From assembly GCA_043810925.1 (NCBI GenBank), contig JBDRNT010000092.1, positions 1 through 14,174 of the forward strand: DNA of 14,174 bases, in the 5' to 3' direction. Numbering within the stretch: the first letter of the stretch is position 1; every line of letters begins with the position of its first letter. The notes beneath the pieces were generated by a model, which saw nothing but the letters and a program-made list of their open reading frames with translations, had not been told where the DNA came from and searched no databases. This stretch comes from Candidatus Eiseniibacteriota bacterium (GTDB lineage: Bacteria > Arandabacterota > Arandabacteria > Arandabacterales > Arandabacteraceae). The translations under genes and the position numbers were made by a program. Positions 1-6,740 of the stretch are shown here, in pieces.

Positions 1-678
1 ACCGATGCGTTCGGTATCGAGCTTGTTTATGGCGGCCCAAATCGATTCCGGCCCTGCCACCTCCCCGGCGTGAGCGGTCAGCCGGAAGCCGCGTTCTTTC
101 GCCTCCCTGTAAAGCGACTCATAGGGATCGGCCGGGAAGCTCTGTTCACTTCCCCCCAGCCCGACACCGATCACGCCCTTTCCAAGATAGGGGGTGACGT
201 CATCGAGACGTTGCATTCCCAGCTCGGGGCCATGGTCTCTCACAACATCGACTACAAGTTCGCAACGGATACCGAAGTCGTGCTGTGCACGATCCTTGCC
301 CTCGATCAGGAATTCCGTGATTTCCGGTGCGGTCAGACCCTGCCGCCGGTAGTCACCGGGAGCATAGAAGGCCTCGACGTACTTGACGTTCTGTGTACTG
401 AACCATTCGAGGGCCCGGTAGGCTATCTCCGCGAAGTCCTGCTCCTCCTTGACGAAGGTGGTCTTCCAGGTCCAGATCCTTATGAACTCGGGAAAATCCT
501 TGTATTTCAGCCGCTCGCGCAGATCATCGACGGTCTTGATCGACGGCTCACGGCCGCTTCGCTTGATCTGGCCCAGCAGCACCTCGGGCGGGATCGCCCC
601 CTCCATATGGAGATGAATCTCCGCCTTCGGCATCCGCTCGATGATCCGTCTGGTTCTGTCGTCGAGAGTCTTACTCAC
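1..678 (-). CDS. add: Adenosine/adenine deaminase family (COG1816) metal-dependent hydrolase, 3'-truncated by window edge
   Basis: My manual translation of the minus strand from GTG at 678 is open to base 1 (226 codons): MSKTLDDRTRRIIERMPKAEIHLHMEG...VKYVEAFYAPG...GVGLGGSE...RLTAHAGEVAGPESIWAAINKLDTERIG. It has the family motifs PKAExHxHxEG, HAGE and ERIG(HG). Start overlaps the ftsY stop (GTGAGTAA). Substrate is uncertain, so the symbol is family-level. Confidence 0.9.
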   Translation of the reverse strand, partial: MSKTLDDRTRRIIERMPKAEIHLHMEGAIPPEVLLGQIKRSGREPSIKTVDDLRERLKYKDFPEFIRIWTWKTTFVKEEQDFAEIAYRALEWFSTQNVKYVEAFYAPGDYRRQGLTAPEITEFLIEGKDRAQHDFGIRCELVVDVVRDHGPELGMQRLDDVTPYLGKGVIGVGLGGSEQSFPADPYESLYREAKERGFRLTAHAGEVAGPESIWAAINKLDTERIG

Positions 679-1603
679 TCAGATCCCCCCCGAGGAGGGC
701 AGTGGCGAAAGTCTCGGGGTCAAACGCGGCCAGGTCGTCGATCGATTCCCCCGTACCTATGAACTGGATCGGGATTCCAAGCTCCTTCGCAATCGCGACG
801 ACAATCCCTCCCTTCGCCGTACCATCGAGCTTTGCCATGACGATGCCCGTGACACCGCAGACCTCTGAGAAGGCCTTTGCCTGAGAGATGGAGTTCTGAC
901 CCGTAGTGGCATCCAGAACGAGCAGCACCTCGTGTGGCGCCCCGTCAACCACCTTCCCGGTTACCCTCCCGATCTTCGCGACCTCGTCCATAAGGTTCTT
1001 CTTGGTCTGCAGCCTTCCCGCGGTATCGATTATTACAGTGTCGACCCCTCTCGACGTGGCGGCCGAACAAGCATCGTAGGCAACCGAGGCTGCATCCGCG
1101 CCGGGCTTGTGCTTCACAACGTCGATACCGACCCTCCCGGCCCAGACCTCCAGCTGCTCGATCGCGGCAGCTCTAAACGTATCGCAGGCGGCAAGCAGGA
1201 CCTGGCGTCCGTCCATCTTGTAGCGGTGTGCCAGCTTGGCGATTGTCGTTGTCTTGCCCGTACCGTTGACCCCGACGACCATGATCACGTGTGGTTTGAC
1301 AAGAAGATCAACACCCGGCTGCCGGGTTCGTGAGAGTATGCTTATGATCTCGTCCCTGATCGTATCCCGCACACTCTGTTCGTTGAGGGAGATTCCGGAT
1401 GATCCGACCTTCTCGACTATCGCGCCGGCCGTCCGGACACCGATGTCGGCTCCCACGAGGAGCTCTTCGATGCTTTCGAGCGTGCGGGCCCTGTCACCGC
1501 CGCCTCGCGTTATACGCGCAAGTCCGTCCGAGAGGACGGACCTGCTTTTCTTCAGGCTTGCCTTGAGAGCCTGCAACTTCTTCTGAAACAGATCAGCGTT
1601 CAC
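671..1603 (-). CDS. ftsY: Signal recognition particle receptor FtsY (short NG-only form)
   Basis: SRP-GTPase motifs GVNGTGKTTT, DTFRAAA, DTAGR, KLDGTAKGG, PIQFIGTGE. 310 aa with no acidic A-domain and no M-domain. Lies directly downstream of smc, a common arrangement. Confidence 0.97.
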   Translation of the reverse strand: MNADLFQKKLQALKASLKKSRSVLSDGLARITRGGGDRARTLESIEELLVGADIGVRTAGAIVEKVGSSGISLNEQSVRDTIRDEIISILSRTRQPGVDLLVKPHVIMVVGVNGTGKTTTIAKLAHRYKMDGRQVLLAACDTFRAAAIEQLEVWAGRVGIDVVKHKPGADAASVAYDACSAATSRGVDTVIIDTAGRLQTKKNLMDEVAKIGRVTGKVVDGAPHEVLLVLDATTGQNSISQAKAFSEVCGVTGIVMAKLDGTAKGGIVVAIAKELGIPIQFIGTGESIDDLAAFDPETFATALLGGDLSE

Positions 1604-1612
1604 TTGCAGTCG

Positions 1613-4600
1613 CTATCCCACCGGTTCAAGCACTTCCTCGGTAGCAGGCTCGAGTTTCACGGAAACCATCCGTGAGACTCCGGGCTCTTCCATGGTGACA
1701 CCGTAAAGACAGGAAGCGGCTTCCATCGTCTTCTTATTGTGCGTCACCATCAAGAACTGCGTGCGCACCGAAAAGTCCTTTATCAGATTCATGAATCGCA
1801 ATACGTTTGCGTCATCCAGAGGCGCATCCACCTCGTCAAGGAGGCAGAACGGACTCGGCTTTGTATAATAAACTGCGAACATAAACGCAATAGCCGTCAG
1901 CGCCCTTTCACCACCCGATAGAAGCGAGATCTGTTCGAGTTTCTTTCCACTCGGCCGTGCAAGAATGTCAACCGGTGACTCCAACGGATCGTTCTCATAC
2001 CTCAGGCGAAGATCCGCATCTCCACCCTGGAAGAGCGTATGGAAGTTCTTCCGGAAATCGTCTCTGACCTTGTGGAACGTCTCGGCAAACTCACTCCGTG
2101 CTCGTCTGTTTATCTGGAGAATGGCCTGGTCGAGACTCTCTCTGGCCTTTATCAGATCGTCCCGCTGGCTCTTGAGGAAGTCATAGCGTTCCTTCTCCAC
2201 GTCATACTCATCGAGCGCAACGAGATTGACCGGTCCAAGATTCCTGAGATGTCCCCTGAGCTTTACGATCTCTTCCTCGCAGTTCTCACACTCAGTCAGG
2301 TCCTTAAGCGCAACCCGGCTTATATCAAGATCATACTCTTCAAGCATCCTCTTCTTAAGAGCATGGGACTTCACCTCAAGGAGATTCGACTCTGCATGGA
2401 ACTCCTGCTTTCCGGACAGCAGACTCTCCCTTTCGCCCTGACTGCTCTTTATCCGGGCACGCACATCTTCGATCGTTGCTTCAATGCCCCGCTTCTTTTC
2501 AAGCGTCGTCTTCCGCCTGGTATCGACCTCGGCCAGTACCGCTAGGAGTTCTTCCACCTGCCTGTCGACCGCTTCCTCTTCGCGCGACAGGTCGTCCTTT
2601 TTCGTATCGAGGTTCTCCGTCCCGGTCTTGAGGTGCGCCAGCCCCGCAGTCAAAGCCTCGATCTCAGCTGTGACCCTCTCGATGGTCTCCTCGGTGAAAC
2701 CCAGGTTTGACTGCAGCCTGAGAATCTCACGGCCGTTGTCCTCAAGCTGCTTCTGAAGTTTTTCCGCCCTGGCCTCGAGCTCCGCGTTATCGGCGCCGTC
2801 CTCAAACAGGCCGCCCTGGCCGACCTCGGGTGACTGGGGCACGCAGCCTGTCTCCGCGATCTGCTTCTCGACGGCCTCGATCGAGACCTTCATTCCGGCA
2901 ATCTCGCTTGCGAGATCGGCAAGCGCCCGCTTGAGCGAGTCCCGCTCGGAGATGCTGGCATGGAGAAGCCTTTCCTGATCATTTATGACCGACCTGGCCT
3001 CAGCATGTTCCTTGAGAGTCGACTCCCTCCGGCCGACAAGATCGTCAAGGCTGGCGGTGACTTCCCTGAACGCCTTCGCCTGCTCTTCAGCAAGACTCCT
3101 GAGCGCTTTCGCTTCACTGGCAAGATCCGCCACTTTCTCTTTGCGTCCAATGAGGACCGCGGAGGCGCCGCCGTTACCACCCGACCTCACGATGCTGCCC
3201 CTGAAGACCGCGTCGCCATCGGGTGTGACAAAACTGCATGTGTGATCGCCTTCACCATCTGAGAGGTCGAAAGCATCTTCGAGTGTCTCGACGATGAAAA
3301 CATCGCAAAGCAGGTAATCGAGAAGTTCCCGGTATCTGGACTCACACTCGATAAAGTCGGTGATCCTTCCGATCACACGCGTCTCCGGTATGCTGGACGA
3401 ATCTCTTCCCCCCGCACCGGAAATGCTATCGAGCATGACGAGCGTGGCTGATCCCTTCTTCTCGTCCTTAAGCATCTTGACCGAATCGGCCGCATCAGCT
3501 TTTCCCTCGACGACCACGTACTGTACCGCGTCTGAAAGCGCCGCAACGACCGCGGGTTCGTACCTCGGTTCCGTGCACTTCACTATGTCACCGAGCACGC
3601 CATGCACTCTCTGATCGCTCTTTCCGGACTGCATGAGCGCCTTAACGCCGGTCTCGTAGCCCTCGTAGCGCTCAACGATCTCCTTGAAAACGTCGTGGCG
3701 CGATGATGCCGTCGCTGCCTGTTCCCCCAATCTGGATCTCTTGTCTCGTATCTGTTCGATCTTGTCTCTGAGCTCATCGATCACACCGGTCAGTTGCGCG
3801 ATCTCGGTCTCTTTCCCGGCGAACGCGCCATTGAGGTCCTCGAGGTGCGAAGCAATACCGGCAACGTCATGCTCGACACCGGTGATGCGCTCGGACATCT
3901 CATCGTGCTTGACCTGTGTGCGGTCAAGCAGCTCGCCGAGATGGTTACGTTTCGATCTGACCTCCGTAACGGCCGATGCGACGTCTATATGGCGCTTCAT
4001 GCTCGCTATCGTCTCTTTGGCCGACACGACCGACTGCTCGCGTCTGGCCCTGAGTTCGCTCTCCGCCGCCCGGTATTCCTCGTTGACTTCATGGTTGGTT
4101 GATGTCAGGGCATCGAGCCGGTCCGAATCGGCCCTGAGCTCCTGCCGCTTGGCCTTTATGAGCTCGCTCTTTTCCTTGATCGATTCCTTCTTCTCTTCCA
4201 TCGATTCGGAAATCTCGGCCAGCTTCTCGTCGATTGCCCGCCTGCGCTCGGACAGCACTATCTTCTCGCTCTCCGACTTCTGAATCCGGTCAGTGATCCC
4301 GGACATTTCCTGGCCGTGACTATTGATTTCCTTGTCGATCTCGAGGATCTCGAGTTTCATCTTTTCGATCTCCGCCTCCGCCACCGAGATATCCCTGGCG
4401 GCGGCCGCGAGATTGGTTTCGACCGACTCGAGCTCTTTGTCGATCTCACGGCGACGCTTCTTCATCACATCGAAATCCTTGACGGATCCGTAAGTCTCGA
4501 CTTCTTTTATTCGACCGGCAAGCCGGTCGTATCTCCTCGCTTTGGCTGCCTGGCGGGAGAGCTGTTTCACCCTCCTCTCGACCTCGCTTATCAGGTCCTC

Positions 4601-5173
4601 GACCCGCTCGAGGTCCCGCTGGGTGAGTTCCAGCTTGTTCATGGTCTCCTTGCGGCGCACCTTGTACCTGCTGACTCCCGCAGCTTCTTCAATTATCTTT
4701 CTGCGCTGCCCCGAGTTATCATCGAGTATCGAGTCGATCATATCTCTTTCCATGACCGAGTAAGCACGCCGCCCCATCCCGGTGCCGAGAAAGAGATCGA
4801 CGATGTCTTTAAGCCTGGAGGGCACTTTGTTGATATAGAATTGGCTTTCGCCCGATCTGAAGACCCGTCTTGCTACTGTTACCTCATTGTACTCCACCGG
4901 TAACGCGTCCTGGACATCCGACAGGGTAAGGGCAACCTCGGCCATACCGGTGGACTTCCGAAGCTCGGTGCCTGAGAATATGATGTCCTCAATACGCGAG
5001 CCCCTGAGCATCCTCACGTTTTCCTCGCCCAGGACCCATCTGATGGCATCGCAGATATTCGTCTTTCCGCATCCGTTGGGACCTACAACCGCAGCAAGTC
5101 CGGGTTCCAAGTCAACGATGGTTCGGTCCGCAAATGACTTGAAACCGGTCATCTCGATCCTGCTAACGTACAC
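1613..5173 (-). CDS. smc: Chromosome segregation protein Smc
   Basis: N-terminal (M)YVSRIEMTGFKSF, Walker A GPNGCGKTN, long coiled coils, central hinge (VHGVLGDIV...TPDG), LGPVN, signature LSGGE, Walker B LLDEVDAPLD, H-loop VTHN. Start reassigned to GTG at 5173, which has GAGGAG 9 nt upstream and gives 1186 aa; the ORF-track start 5212 lies inside selA. Confidence 0.97.
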   Translation of the reverse strand: MYVSRIEMTGFKSFADRTIVDLEPGLAAVVGPNGCGKTNICDAIRWVLGEENVRMLRGSRIEDIIFSGTELRKSTGMAEVALTLSDVQDALPVEYNEVTVARRVFRSGESQFYINKVPSRLKDIVDLFLGTGMGRRAYSVMERDMIDSILDDNSGQRRKIIEEAAGVSRYKVRRKETMNKLELTQRDLERVEDLISEVERRVKQLSRQAAKARRYDRLAGRIKEVETYGSVKDFDVMKKRRREIDKELESVETNLAAAARDISVAEAEIEKMKLEILEIDKEINSHGQEMSGITDRIQKSESEKIVLSERRRAIDEKLAEISESMEEKKESIKEKSELIKAKRQELRADSDRLDALTSTNHEVNEEYRAAESELRARREQSVVSAKETIASMKRHIDVASAVTEVRSKRNHLGELLDRTQVKHDEMSERITGVEHDVAGIASHLEDLNGAFAGKETEIAQLTGVIDELRDKIEQIRDKRSRLGEQAATASSRHDVFKEIVERYEGYETGVKALMQSGKSDQRVHGVLGDIVKCTEPRYEPAVVAALSDAVQYVVVEGKADAADSVKMLKDEKKGSATLVMLDSISGAGGRDSSSIPETRVIGRITDFIECESRYRELLDYLLCDVFIVETLEDAFDLSDGEGDHTCSFVTPDGDAVFRGSIVRSGGNGGASAVLIGRKEKVADLASEAKALRSLAEEQAKAFREVTASLDDLVGRRESTLKEHAEARSVINDQERLLHASISERDSLKRALADLASEIAGMKVSIEAVEKQIAETGCVPQSPEVGQGGLFEDGADNAELEARAEKLQKQLEDNGREILRLQSNLGFTEETIERVTAEIEALTAGLAHLKTGTENLDTKKDDLSREEEAVDRQVEELLAVLAEVDTRRKTTLEKKRGIEATIEDVRARIKSSQGERESLLSGKQEFHAESNLLEVKSHALKKRMLEEYDLDISRVALKDLTECENCEEEIVKLRGHLRNLGPVNLVALDEYDVEKERYDFLKSQRDDLIKARESLDQAILQINRRARSEFAETFHKVRDDFRKNFHTLFQGGDADLRLRYENDPLESPVDILARPSGKKLEQISLLSGGERALTAIAFMFAVYYTKPSPFCLLDEVDAPLDDANVLRFMNLIKDFSVRTQFLMVTHNKKTMEAASCLYGVTMEEPGVSRMVSVKLEPATEEVLEPVG

Positions 5174-5189
5174 CTTGATCAGCTCCTCT

Positions 5190-6602
5190 CTACCGCCTAT
5201 CACCTCCTGCAAGCGCCTTCAGAATTTGACTGGTTAAAGTCTCGTCCTCACTGGGCTGGACGGTTCTGAAATCAATGATGACATTGTCTTCAAGTATCCT
5301 GGCCACAATCGGGACTGCACAACCCCGGAGCATCGAAGCGATGCGATCCGCGGAAAAGTCACCGGATGACAGCGCGACGGCATAACTGGCCAGGCCTGCT
5401 GAGGGCAGCGATCCCCCGCCGATCTGTGATGTAACTTCTTTCACCGATACGCTTACGCGGTCCTTAAGACCGGCGGACAGCGACGCGGCCACCCTATCGG
5501 CTCTTTGCCTGATGTCCCCAGGTTTGCAGGACATCATCCGGAGTGTGGGCAGATTCTCAAGCAGCTGTCCGGGTTCGAGATAATGCCTCAATGTCACTTC
5601 AAGCGCGACGAGAGTCATCTTGTCGACCCGGAGGGCCCTTGCGAGAGGATTCGCCTTCATCCGGTCCACGAACTCAGCTTTGCCTACGATGATCCCTGCC
5701 TGCGGACCGCACAGCAACTTATCCCCGCTGAAGGTTACGACGTCGACTCCGCTTTTCAGTGATTCCTGCGGCATGGGCTCCTTCTCAACGCCGAACTGCG
5801 AAAGATCGGTGAGAGCTCCACTGCCGAGGTCTTCCACCATGATCATCCCGTTTCGATGCGCCAGCTCCGCAAGGCTCTTAATCGCGACAGACTCGACAAA
5901 ACCCGTCATGTCGAAATTCGACTGGTGCACCTTGAGTATCACTCCCTCGGACTTGGTGATCGCGCGTTCGTAGTCCTCCAGCCGCGTCCTGTTCGTGGTG
6001 CCGACCTCTACCATGGTCGTCCCGCTCTTGTCCATGACCTCGGGCAACCTGAATGAGCCGCCGATCTCGATCAGCTCACCCCGCGAGACAATAGTTTCCT
6101 TTCCTTCAGCAAGCGTATTGAGTGCCAGGAGCACTGCCCCTGCGTTGTTGTTGACCACACACGCGCTTTCGCAGCCTGTGATCTTAAGAAGCAACTTCTC
6201 GACATGCATATTCCGCGTGGTCCTCTTGCCGGCGGCAAGATCGAATTCGAGATTGGAGTACGACCCCGCTACTTCGGCAACAGCGTTGACCGCCTCGTCA
6301 GAGAGAGTCGCGCGGCCGAGATTGGTATGCATAACGACACCTGTTCCGTTTATCACTCGTGTGAAACTGCGTCTGGAGCCGGCCTGTGCTCTGACAACAA
6401 TTTCTTCTACGATCTCACTCATGCGTGGTTCTTCCCGGAGATGTCCCTCTGTTATCGACTGCCGGATCTCCGCCAGCACTTCCCTTGTGGACTCCATTAT
6501 GTTCCAGCGGGGCACCCGGTCGCCGAGACCGACCAGACCCGGGTTCCCGAGGACCTTCTCTACCGAAGGAATGGAGCGCAGGAGATCCCGCTTGTTTTCC
6601 AC
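5190..6602 (-). CDS. selA: L-seryl-tRNA(Sec) selenium transferase (selenocysteine synthase)
   Basis: Motifs LRSIPSV, VINGTGVVMHTNLGRA, YSNLE, VNNNAGA, SRGELIEIGGSFRLP, EVGTTNRT, KVHQSNF, DLGSG, the PLP-lysine motif FSGDKLLCGPQAG, RALRVDK and GGGSLP. Start reassigned to GTG at 6602 with GGAGG 5 nt upstream (470 aa). Confidence 0.96.
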   Translation of the reverse strand: MENKRDLLRSIPSVEKVLGNPGLVGLGDRVPRWNIMESTREVLAEIRQSITEGHLREEPRMSEIVEEIVVRAQAGSRRSFTRVINGTGVVMHTNLGRATLSDEAVNAVAEVAGSYSNLEFDLAAGKRTTRNMHVEKLLLKITGCESACVVNNNAGAVLLALNTLAEGKETIVSRGELIEIGGSFRLPEVMDKSGTTMVEVGTTNRTRLEDYERAITKSEGVILKVHQSNFDMTGFVESVAIKSLAELAHRNGMIMVEDLGSGALTDLSQFGVEKEPMPQESLKSGVDVVTFSGDKLLCGPQAGIIVGKAEFVDRMKANPLARALRVDKMTLVALEVTLRHYLEPGQLLENLPTLRMMSCKPGDIRQRADRVAASLSAGLKDRVSVSVKEVTSQIGGGSLPSAGLASYAVALSSGDFSADRIASMLRGCAVPIVARILEDNVIIDFRTVQPSEDETLTSQILKALAGGDRR

Positions 6603-6623
6603 CGAATCCTCCAATCCTGTGCC

Positions 6624-6652
6624 AAAATAGCAAAATATCACAAATCCGTCAA
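6624..6652 (-). promoter_or_regulatory. Sigma70-type promoter for selA-smc-ftsY-add
   Basis: Minus strand reads TTGACG (6652-6647), a 17-nt spacer, then TATTTT (6629-6624) preceded by TGc (extended -10), just upstream of the selA Shine-Dalgarno. Confidence 0.7.
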
Positions 6653-6676
6653 GTTAATATGGTTCAATAAATTGTG

Positions 6677-6704
6677 TTGAATTTGTCCACAGCATTCTGA
6701 TAAT
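6677..6704 (+). promoter_or_regulatory. Candidate sigma70-type promoter for the amidase gene
   Basis: TTGAAT (6677-6682), a 16-nt spacer, then GATAAT (6699-6704). Followed by AAAGGAG (6728-6734) and ATG 6741. Confidence 0.45.
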
Positions 6705-6740
6705 AAGCGTGTAACCATTTGCATATTAAAGGAGAAGGAT

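Noticed and set aside
70..762. 230-aa plus-strand ORF, and the other long antisense ORFs such as 3684-4283, 4316-4903, 5995-6630, 8193-8957 and 10705-11262
   Set aside because: They lie opposite well-supported genes, have no recognisable motifs, and are expected shadows of GC-rich codon usage.
1654..1666. parS-like palindrome GTTTCACGGAAAC near the smc 3' end
   Set aside because: It is one base short in the centre relative to TGTTTCACGTGAAACA, which breaks half-site spacing, the outer bases mismatch, and it is explained by the Val-Ser-Val-Lys codons.
1613..5173. SMC-family ATPase as part of a Wadjet/MksBEF-type defence or Rad50/SbcC system
   Set aside because: Length, hinge domain and smc-ftsY context match canonical chromosomal Smc, and there are no jet/mks/sbcD partners in the window.
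6603..6740. AT-rich spacer as a possible replication origin or tRNA-Sec/sRNA locus
   Set aside because: Only one good DnaA-box-like 9-mer, no dnaA/dnaN nearby, no cloverleaf, and the 138 nt are accounted for by two promoters and two SD sites.
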